Shown here piece by piece: positions 56,766 to 64,000 of a stretch of DNA of 64,000 nt. Made by a program: the position numbers and the translations under genes. Position 1 is the first letter of the stretch, and each line of letters begins with the position of its first letter. Origin of the DNA: an uncultured Alphaproteobacteria bacterium. Lineage in GTDB: Bacteria > Pseudomonadota > Alphaproteobacteria > Rhodobacterales > Rhodobacteraceae. The DNA is taken from the NCBI GenBank assembly GCA_902562285.1, contig CACESU010000002.1:74283-138282 (forward strand), read 5' to 3'. A model generated the notes under the pieces. That model was given only the letters and a program-made list of their open reading frames with translations, was not told the DNA's origin and did not search any database.

Positions 56766-58973
56766 TTAGCAGTATTCATAAAAAGTAAGTTTTTCTTTCG
56801 CAAGTTTTTTAATCAAGGTACCTGCAGAAAATCTATCACCGTATTTAATTGAAAATTCTTCACATTTTTTATTAACCCAAGATGCACCCTTTAAATCCAT
56901 CCAGCTAAAAGGACCTCCTGCCCAAGGTATGCATCCCCACCCTAAAATTGCACCTACATCCCCTTCTCTTATATCAAGCAGAACTTCAGATTCTAACGCT
57001 CTAGTTGCTTCTAAACATTGTATTAATGCTAAACGATCTTTTACTACATTTATATCCGGCTGAACCTTAAGTAATTCAAAGTTATTTTTTAACTCTTCCC
57101 AAAAACCGTTTCTCTTACCTTTTTCATCGTAATTATAAAAACCGGCATTTGTTTTTTTTCCAAGCCTTTTAGCTTTATCCATAGTTGATAAAACAATTTC
57201 AATTTCTTCCATCAGTTTATTGGAACCCATTGCTTTTTTTGTTTGTTCAGCAATATTTATTGCTAATTCAATTGAAACTTCATCAATAAGCTGTAATGGA
57301 CCTAATGGCATACCTAACTGCAAAGCTGCATTTTCAATCATCTGAGGGAGTATCCCCTCCTTAATCATTAGTAAACCCTCATTTATATATGGAATTATAC
57401 ATCTATTTGCATAAAAACCTCTAGCATCATTTACTATGATTGGAGTTTTTTTGATTTTTCTTACAAAGTCAAAAGCACTAGCAATAGATTTCTCATTAGT
57501 ATTTTTACCTTTTATGATTTCAACTAAATTCATCTTGTGAACTGGGCTGAAAAAATGGATACCAATAAAATTTTCTTCTTTCACTACTGATTTTGCTAGT
57601 TCTGAAATAGGGAGAGTTGAAGTATTAGAAGCAATAATTGTTTCCTGACTTACATTATTTTGTATCTGGTTTAATACTTTATCTTTTACTTCTATATTCT
57701 CAAAAACTGCTTCTATAACCAAATTCACATTATTTAAATCTTCATAGGAATAGGAAGGAGTAATTCTCCCCAACACTTCTTTTTTCTTCTCTTCGGTTAT
57801 TTTCCCTTTTTTTAAACCAGATGATAATAGTTGGTCTATATTATTTATTCCTTTATTAGCAAATTCAATTTTTTTATCAATTAATGTAACTTTAATTCCA
57901 TTAAGTGCGGCTGCGTATGCAATTCCAGCCCCCATCATTCCAGCTCCTACTACACCTATTCTATTAAATTTTATTTCCTTAGTATCAACAGATGGTCGTT
58001 TAATTCCTTTTTCTAAAGCAGTTTTGTTAATGAAAAGTGTTCTTATCATATTCTTAGTACTCTTTTCAGTTAAAATTTTAGTAAACCATCTTGCTTCTAT
58101 TCTTAATGCATTATCAAAATTAGTTAATGCTCCTTCATATATAGCAGATAATAGATATTTAGCTGCAGGATATACATTTTTTGTTTTTGCACTTATCATT
58201 GCAGAAGCTCCTACAAATGTCATAAATCCATTAGGATGATAAGGTGCACCTCCTGGCATTTTAAATCCTTTTTTATCCCAGGGCTTAATAATATCTTCTT
58301 TTTTTACATTTAAAATCCATGTTTTTGCATCATTAATTAAATCTAAGGAATTTGAAACTTGGTCTATAAGACCAATAGCTTTTGCTTTTTGGGCTGAAAA
58401 CATTCTACCTTCCATCAAGATTGGGGCACTAGACATAAGTCCTAGCATTCTAGTGACTCTAGTAGCACCACCTGCTCCAGGAAATAAACCAACTAAAATT
58501 TCAGGTAATCCTATTTTGGTATTTTTTTTGTCAGTTGCAATTCTGTAATGACAGGCTAGACCAATTTCTGTGGCAATACCTGCTGAAAGTCCATTACAGG
58601 CCCATACAAATGGGATACCACCCTTTTTAGTTGAGGGATCCATACCTCCTAACTCAATTTTCCGTAGAAATTTATGGGCACGCATTACAAATTGAAATAT
58701 TTCCTCTTTATTTTTAGATTGATCTTGTAAATTCGCTAGCACTTTTAAATCCATACCAGCAGAAAAATCATCTTTATTTGAAGAAATAATTACACCTTTC
58801 AAGTTATTATTATCAAAAATTTTTTCTAAAATATTTTCAATTTCACTAATGCCCTCTAATGTCAGTACATTAAACTTTTTGTCTGGGACATCCCATTTTA
58901 TAATTGCAATATTATCGCTTCCAATTTCATAATTAAAATTTGACAAAATATTTCTCCGCTTAAACCCGTTCAA
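56766..58973 (-). CDS. fadB: Multifunctional enoyl-CoA hydratase/3-hydroxyacyl-CoA dehydrogenase (FadB/FadJ type)
   Basis: 735 aa with an N-terminal crotonase fold, followed by the NAD fold VGVVGAGMMGAGIA and HCDH C-terminal repeats. Confidence 0.9.
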   Translation of the reverse strand: MNGFKRRNILSNFNYEIGSDNIAIIKWDVPDKKFNVLTLEGISEIENILEKIFDNNNLKGVIISSNKDDFSAGMDLKVLANLQDQSKNKEEIFQFVMRAHKFLRKIELGGMDPSTKKGGIPFVWACNGLSAGIATEIGLACHYRIATDKKNTKIGLPEILVGLFPGAGGATRVTRMLGLMSSAPILMEGRMFSAQKAKAIGLIDQVSNSLDLINDAKTWILNVKKEDIIKPWDKKGFKMPGGAPYHPNGFMTFVGASAMISAKTKNVYPAAKYLLSAIYEGALTNFDNALRIEARWFTKILTEKSTKNMIRTLFINKTALEKGIKRPSVDTKEIKFNRIGVVGAGMMGAGIAYAAALNGIKVTLIDKKIEFANKGINNIDQLLSSGLKKGKITEEKKKEVLGRITPSYSYEDLNNVNLVIEAVFENIEVKDKVLNQIQNNVSQETIIASNTSTLPISELAKSVVKEENFIGIHFFSPVHKMNLVEIIKGKNTNEKSIASAFDFVRKIKKTPIIVNDARGFYANRCIIPYINEGLLMIKEGILPQMIENAALQLGMPLGPLQLIDEVSIELAINIAEQTKKAMGSNKLMEEIEIVLSTMDKAKRLGKKTNAGFYNYDEKGKRNGFWEELKNNFELLKVQPDINVVKDRLALIQCLEATRALESEVLLDIREGDVGAILGWGCIPWAGGPFSWMDLKGASWVNKKCEEFSIKYGDRFSAGTLIKKLAKEKLTFYEYC

Positions 58974-60171
58974 TGATTGTAGAACTTCCCATTCCTGAGG
59001 CTACACACAAAGAAATTAAAGCAACATTCTTATTTGATCTTTCAAGTTCATCAAGTGCTGTTCCAAGAATCATAGTTCCGGTTGCACCTAAGGGATGACC
59101 CATAGCAATTGCTCCTCCGTTAATATTAACTTTTTCATGACCAACATCAAATGCTTGCATAAACCTAAGAACTACTGAAGCAAATGCTTCATTTATTTCA
59201 AAAATGTCAACATCTGAAATTTTCATTTTGGCGTTCTTAAGAACCTTTTCCGTTGCTGGGATAGGGCCTGTTAACATTATGGTTGGATCAGTTCCTACTT
59301 TTGAAGTTGCCAATATTTTAGCCCTAGGTTTTAGGTTTGCAATTTGACCAAATTCTTTGTTACCAATTAGTACTGCTGCAGATCCATCAACTATGCCACT
59401 TGAATTACCTGCATGATGAATATGATGGATTGTTTCTAATTCAGGATATTTTTGTAGTGCTATGTTATCAAAACCAGGCATAGTTTTTCCAATTTCTTTA
59501 AAACTAGGATTTAGAGCTCCCAAGCTCTGCATTGATGTTTCTGGTCTTATATGTTCATCTTTTTCCAAGACTGGTATCCCATTTATATCGACAATTGGGA
59601 TAACTGATTTTGAAAATCTATTTTCTGACCAAGCAATGGTTGCTCTTTTTTGGCTTTCAACTGCAAAACTATCCACATCATCCCTTGAAAAACCATATTT
59701 AGTAGAAATAATGTCAGCAGAAATACCTTGAGGTACAAAATAAGTATTCATTGCCAATGTTGGGTCAACAGCAATGGCGGCTCCGTCAGATCCCATTGGT
59801 ACCCTGCTCATCATTTCTACACCACCAGCAACATAGGCTATTCCGGCTCCTCCTTTTACCTGATTTGCAGCTAAATTTACAGACTCTAAACCACTTGCAC
59901 AAAATCTATTTATTGAAAGTCCTGGAGTATTCTGGTCATAATCAGCCTTCAAAACTGCAGACCTAGAGAGACATCCGCCTTGTTCCCCTACTTGAGTAAC
60001 ATTTCCCCAGATCACGTCATCTAAGATTGACGTGTCTAAGTGGTTTCGGTCTCTAATAGCTTTTAGAATTTCTGATGAAAGATATACTGAAGTTAACTCA
60101 TGTAAAGATCCATCACTTTTACCTTTACCTCTGGGGCTTCTAACTGAATCATATATAAATGCCTCTTCCAA
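58960..60171 (-). CDS. fadA: 3-ketoacyl-CoA thiolase
   Basis: Has the active-site Cys in NRFCASGL, GHPLGATG and C-terminal CVASGMG. It overlaps the downstream fadB start by 14 nt. Confidence 0.9.
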   Translation of the reverse strand: MEEAFIYDSVRSPRGKGKSDGSLHELTSVYLSSEILKAIRDRNHLDTSILDDVIWGNVTQVGEQGGCLSRSAVLKADYDQNTPGLSINRFCASGLESVNLAANQVKGGAGIAYVAGGVEMMSRVPMGSDGAAIAVDPTLAMNTYFVPQGISADIISTKYGFSRDDVDSFAVESQKRATIAWSENRFSKSVIPIVDINGIPVLEKDEHIRPETSMQSLGALNPSFKEIGKTMPGFDNIALQKYPELETIHHIHHAGNSSGIVDGSAAVLIGNKEFGQIANLKPRAKILATSKVGTDPTIMLTGPIPATEKVLKNAKMKISDVDIFEINEAFASVVLRFMQAFDVGHEKVNINGGAIAMGHPLGATGTMILGTALDELERSNKNVALISLCVASGMGSSTIIERV

Positions 60172-60203
60172 ATCTTTCTCCTTTATAAATAATTACTTAT
60201 AGC

Positions 60204-61979
60204 TCAGAATTGTTCGATATTTAAAGACATAATTATTTTATCGCCAGTAAGGATTTTTTTGGCTAAATAATTTGTTTTGGGAAGTATGTTTTTCATGTAA
60301 TATTGACCAGTTAAAATTTTTCCTTCTTGGAAAGTATTTTCGTTAATTACTTTGTTTTCTTTAAATAAAACAGCCGCCATTTTTGCCCACATAAAACCAA
60401 TACAAAAATTCCCAAGTAGGTGAAGAAAATCTGAAGCACCAGCTAGTGCAGAGTTAGGATTTTTTAAGCCATTTGATATAAAGAAATTGAGAACTTCTTC
60501 TACATTTTTTTTTGATTCTTTTAAGGGAACTAAAAAATCACTATTTAGCTTCTCTAATTCTGAATATTCAGTTAAAAAATCTTGAACTAATTCATTTAGA
60601 TAAATTATATTTTTACCACCATCAGAATTTAGTTTTCTTCCAACTAAATCAATGGCTTGAATTCCATTAGTTCCTTCGTAGATCATAGCAATTCTTGAGT
60701 CTCTAACAAACTGGCTCATACCCCATTCTTCTATGTAACCATGACCTCCAAATATTTGCTGACTAACAACAGTCATTTCAAAACCAATATCGCTTAAATA
60801 ACCTTTAATTACTGGAGTAAGAAGTGATGCAAGACCATATGCACGATCATCCATAAGGTGATTGCTTTTATCAAGTAAAGAGGCTACCCAAATGGATAAT
60901 GCTCTTCCTCCTTCAATAAATGATTTTTGATCAAGTAGATTTCTTCTTACATCTGGATGATTAATTATAGGTTTTGATTCTACGCTTAATTGACCTTCAT
61001 TAGAAAAGGATTTTCCTTGTATTCTTTCTTTGGCGTAAATAACACTATTCTGGTATGCAATTTCTGATAATGCGATACTTTGAACTCCAACACCTAATCT
61101 CGCCTCATTCATCATAGTAAACATTGCTTGTAATCCCTTATGCTCTTCACCAAGTAAATAGCCTGTGGCGGAGTCATAATTCATGACACAAGTAGCGTTA
61201 GCATGGATTCCCATTTTCTTTTCAAGAGAACCTACTGTTACATTGTTTCTTTCTTTTAAACTTCCATCATTGTTAGGTATAAATTTTGGTACTATAAAAA
61301 GAGAAAGACCTTTTATACCTTTTGGTCCGCCTGGTATTTTTGCTAAAACCAGATGGATTATGTTCTCTGTCAGATCATGTTCACCTGCGGAAATAAAAAT
61401 CTTTTGACCAGATATTGAAAATATATCATTTGTTATTTTTTCAGCTTTTGTTTTTATTAAACTCAGGTCAGTACCGCAATGTGGTTCTGTTAAATTCATT
61501 GTCCCGGTCCATTCACAAGAAACTAATTTTGGCAAATATAAATTTTTTTGGGTTTCTGTTCCATATTTCAGAATAGCTCCATAAGCTCCGTGAGTTAAAG
61601 CTTGGTAAATAGTCAATGAAATATTGCAAGATGAAAATATTTCACCTAGTAATATTGATATTGATGTGGGTAAACCTTGACCCCCAAATTCTTTTTCACA
61701 ATCAACACTAGTCCACCCATCTTCTCGTAATTTCTTAAAAGCATTTGTAAAACCTTTTGGGGTAATCACAGTATCATTTTCTAACCTACAACCTTCAATA
61801 TCTCCAATTCTATTTATTGGTAAAAGGACATCAGAAGCTAATTTACCAGCCATTTCGAATATTTCAGTAGTAAAATCCTTATTTAATTCACTAAATGATT
61901 GAATATTTTGTTGAGATATTTTTAAAAAATCGTGAAGTAAAAAATTGTATTCATCTACAGGTGTTTTATAAGTAATCAA
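60204..61979 (-). CDS. Large (about 590 aa) acyl-CoA dehydrogenase with N- and C-terminal extension domains
   Basis: The ACAD core has EPHCGTDL and YEGTNGIQ, and the protein is extended at both ends. Confidence 0.85.
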   Translation of the reverse strand: MITYKTPVDEYNFLLHDFLKISQQNIQSFSELNKDFTTEIFEMAGKLASDVLLPINRIGDIEGCRLENDTVITPKGFTNAFKKLREDGWTSVDCEKEFGGQGLPTSISILLGEIFSSCNISLTIYQALTHGAYGAILKYGTETQKNLYLPKLVSCEWTGTMNLTEPHCGTDLSLIKTKAEKITNDIFSISGQKIFISAGEHDLTENIIHLVLAKIPGGPKGIKGLSLFIVPKFIPNNDGSLKERNNVTVGSLEKKMGIHANATCVMNYDSATGYLLGEEHKGLQAMFTMMNEARLGVGVQSIALSEIAYQNSVIYAKERIQGKSFSNEGQLSVESKPIINHPDVRRNLLDQKSFIEGGRALSIWVASLLDKSNHLMDDRAYGLASLLTPVIKGYLSDIGFEMTVVSQQIFGGHGYIEEWGMSQFVRDSRIAMIYEGTNGIQAIDLVGRKLNSDGGKNIIYLNELVQDFLTEYSELEKLNSDFLVPLKESKKNVEEVLNFFISNGLKNPNSALAGASDFLHLLGNFCIGFMWAKMAAVLFKENKVINENTFQEGKILTGQYYMKNILPKTNYLAKKILTGDKIIMSLNIEQF

Positions 61980-62027
61980 TTATCTGACTCCGGTCACTTA
62001 TTAATTATTCTTAAGATTAATTTATAT

Positions 62028-62423
62028 TTATTTAATACCTCTAGATATCAAAACTTCTTCCCCCCATTTTAACATTTTTTTTAAATCTTCAATAGCTAAT
62101 TCTAATTCATCTTTTTGATTCATCATTACTTCTAATCTTTCTTTTGCTAGCTCATATGTTTTTAATAATTGTGTTTTTTGCTGGTCACCGATATCATACA
62201 AATTGAGCAGTTGTCTAATTTCTTCAAGAGAAAATCCAAATCTTTTTCCTTGCAAAATTAATTTTAATCTAGCTTGATCTCTCCGTGTAAATAGTCTTCT
62301 TTGTCCTTCTCTTATAGGAAAAAGCAGTTCTTTAAATTCGTAAAATCTAAGTGTTCTAGGTGTGACTTTATATTTTTCACACATTTCCTTAATAGTTTTA
62401 AATTCTAAATCTATTTTGTTCAT
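62028..62423 (-). CDS. MerR-family transcriptional regulator (LiuR-like, heads the beta-oxidation cluster)
   Basis: Has an N-terminal HTH (YKVTPRTLRFYEFKELL) followed by a coiled-coil dimerisation helix. 131 aa. Confidence 0.85.
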   Translation of the reverse strand: MNKIDLEFKTIKEMCEKYKVTPRTLRFYEFKELLFPIREGQRRLFTRRDQARLKLILQGKRFGFSLEEIRQLLNLYDIGDQQKTQLLKTYELAKERLEVMMNQKDELELAIEDLKKMLKWGEEVLISRGIK

Positions 62424-62453
62424 TAATAATTCCTATAAATATATAAAATTACC

Positions 62454-62486
62454 TTTACGTAAACGTCAACATTTACGTTACGTTAG
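62454..62486. promoter_or_regulatory. Probable MerR-type operator: two adjacent ACGT-core inverted repeats
   Basis: TTTACGTAAACGTCAA (62454-62469) has half-sites TTTACGT and TTGACGT with a 2-nt spacer. TTTACGTTACGTTAG lies at 62472-62486. Both sit 30-60 nt upstream of the MerR start in the divergent intergenic region. Confidence 0.55.
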
Positions 62487-62651
62487 TCTTAAGAAATAAA
62501 TTATCATAAAATAAAATTAAAATAGATAATTCTAAAATAAAATTACTATTATTATAAAAATTTGGTAAATTAATTTATTTTACAAAAATTGATCAAAAAT
62601 ATGGCATAAATTCTTAAATTGATATGCCTATATACAGTTTTTAATTAATTG

Positions 62652-63992
62652 ATGTGGTTTAATTTGAAAGAATTCAAAGATATAATTAATAGTAGGAGAG
62701 TGCTAAAAATTGCACTACCAATGATGCTTTCTAACATTACAGTACCTCTACTTGGTTTTGTAGATACTGCAGTTATTGGTCAGCTTGGAGATGCAAAACT
62801 TATAGCTGCACTTGGGTTAGGTTCTATCTTAATTAGTACCCTTTACTGGTTGTGTGGTTTTCTTCGTATGGGAACCACTGGATTAACAGCGCAGGCTAAA
62901 GGATCAAAACAAACTGACGAAGTTTTTCTAACATTACTAAGAGGTCTACTCATAGGTATTTTCTTAGGTTTTTTCATTTTAATAATAGCTTATCCGATAT
63001 TTTTTATTTTTTTTTTAATATCACCTGCTGAAGTAGATGTTGAAAATTTAGCTTCAAAATATGCTGAGATAAGAGTTTTATCTGCTCCATTTGCAATTGC
63101 TACAATTCCAATTGTGGGTTGGTTAATTGCTTTAGAAAAAACTCTAAGTGTTTTTTATATCCAATTTTTTATAAATTTACTGAATATAGTTTTGAACTTA
63201 TATTTTGTATTTCAATTAGGAATGGGCATAGAGGGTGTAGCATATGCAACCTTAATCTCAGAAATAATAGGATTTTCTTTAGCACTATTTATAAGTTTTA
63301 AGGCCCTAGGTGATTTTCCAAAACAATTAAGAGAGAAAATATTCAAAAAACAAAAATGGAAAAAATTACTTTCTATAAACTCAAATATTTTCTTACGATC
63401 TCTTTTGCTTGAATTAGTATTTATAAGTTTTTTCTTTTGGGCTTCAAGTTTTGGTACAAATATACTGGCAATTAATCAAATATTAATCCAATTTTTGCAC
63501 ATATGCGCTTATGCCCTTGATGGTTTCGCATTTTCAAGTGAGGTATTGGTGGGTATATATTACGGAAAGAAAAATGTTGTTATTTTAAGAAGATCAATTT
63601 TACTATGCGCAAGCTGGTCCGCTTTGACAGCTGTTATTTTTTCACTAGTGTTTCTTATTTTTGGTAATTCTTTCATAAAATTTATGACCAATGCAGAAGA
63701 AGTTTTAAAAATAGCAAAAGATTTTCAATTTTTGATTATTTTAGCTCCTTTATTCAGTTTTCCTGCATATATAATGGATGGTGTTTTTTTTGGCTCTACC
63801 CATACGTCTGAAATGCGAAAAGCTATGATTTTTTCCACAATTATTTATTTCATTTTAGCAGTATTTTTGACTTCTATTTATCAAAATAGTGGTTTATGGA
63901 CTGCTCTTTATGTTTTTTTGATAATAAGAGCTATTGCACTAATTTATTACTATCCAAATATCGAACGATCTGTCTCATTGACTAAAAATTGA
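62652..63992 (+). CDS. MATE-family efflux transporter (DinF/NorM-like)
   Basis: About 446 aa, 12 predicted TM, with the N-terminal block ALPMMLSNITVPLLGFVDTAVIGQLG. The ATG at 62652 directly follows the TTG used by the track. Confidence 0.85.
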   Translation: MWFNLKEFKDIINSRRVLKIALPMMLSNITVPLLGFVDTAVIGQLGDAKLIAALGLGSILISTLYWLCGFLRMGTTGLTAQAKGSKQTDEVFLTLLRGLLIGIFLGFFILIIAYPIFFIFFLISPAEVDVENLASKYAEIRVLSAPFAIATIPIVGWLIALEKTLSVFYIQFFINLLNIVLNLYFVFQLGMGIEGVAYATLISEIIGFSLALFISFKALGDFPKQLREKIFKKQKWKKLLSINSNIFLRSLLLELVFISFFFWASSFGTNILAINQILIQFLHICAYALDGFAFSSEVLVGIYYGKKNVVILRRSILLCASWSALTAVIFSLVFLIFGNSFIKFMTNAEEVLKIAKDFQFLIILAPLFSFPAYIMDGVFFGSTHTSEMRKAMIFSTIIYFILAVFLTSIYQNSGLWTALYVFLIIRAIALIYYYPNIERSVSLTKN

Positions 63993-64000
63993 TAATTTTT

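Noticed and set aside
1-64000. rRNA genes, additional tRNAs, tmRNA, RNase P RNA and CRISPR arrays
   Set aside because: Reading the intergenic regions on both strands revealed only one cloverleaf (tRNA-Glu) and one SRP RNA. No other GC-rich structured stretches or short regularly spaced repeats were seen. This was a visual scan, not a covariance-model search.

Overview
This is a strongly AT-rich, gene-dense alphaproteobacterial chromosome segment with short or overlapping intergenic regions. The gene order (ffs-dnaX-ybaB-recR, hdaA-ppk-ppx, a short alpha-type proS, lolE-lolD) plus the AT bias suggest a streamlined marine SAR11/Pelagibacterales-like organism; that taxonomic call is inference only. 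Content from left to right is as follows. (1) 1-11.2 kb is core: a partial hydantoinase B-type gene, a yejABEF-type peptide ABC operon, a membrane cytochrome c, pheA, nudC, SRP RNA, dnaX, ybaB and recR. (2) 11.3-26.5 kb is a large amine/polyamine nitrogen-scavenging cluster. It holds an acyl-CoA ligase, two glutamine-synthetase-like genes (one split by a frameshift in an A9 run), a flavin amine oxidase, a Rieske oxygenase, a PotABCD-type transporter, a class III aminotransferase, an agmatinase-family ureohydrolase and a PuuB-like oxidoreductase. (3) 26.5-30.6 kb holds gap, DUF1289, dps, an orphan, PPK2 and an SDR. (4) 30.7-37.4 kb is the only clearly accessory region. The 17-nt 3' end of tRNA-Glu(UUC) occurs three times in direct orientation. 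Each copy is preceded at a fixed distance by a 20-50 codon stub of a tyrosine-recombinase C-terminus, which reads as nested, decayed integration scars. Cargo is a small TM peptide, DUF2470, a secreted ankyrin protein, an anchored orphan, TauD, and one 948-aa secreted PG-binding + DUF1800 + unknown-domain fusion protein with no DUF1501 partner. (5) 37.4-64 kb is core again: recJ, glpX, hom, an aminotransferase, glyA, nadK, an AI-2E transporter, hdaA, ppk1, ppx, proS, lolE/lolD, a beta-oxidation cluster with a MerR regulator and ACGT-rich operator, and a MATE transporter. Decoding oddities are an A12 tract at the tau/gamma position of dnaX, the A9 frameshift in a GS-like gene, and two conserved genes (lolE, recJ) whose conserved N-termini have no ATG/GTG/TTG start. 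I saw no CRISPR array, rRNA, intact transposase/integrase or recognisable defence system.
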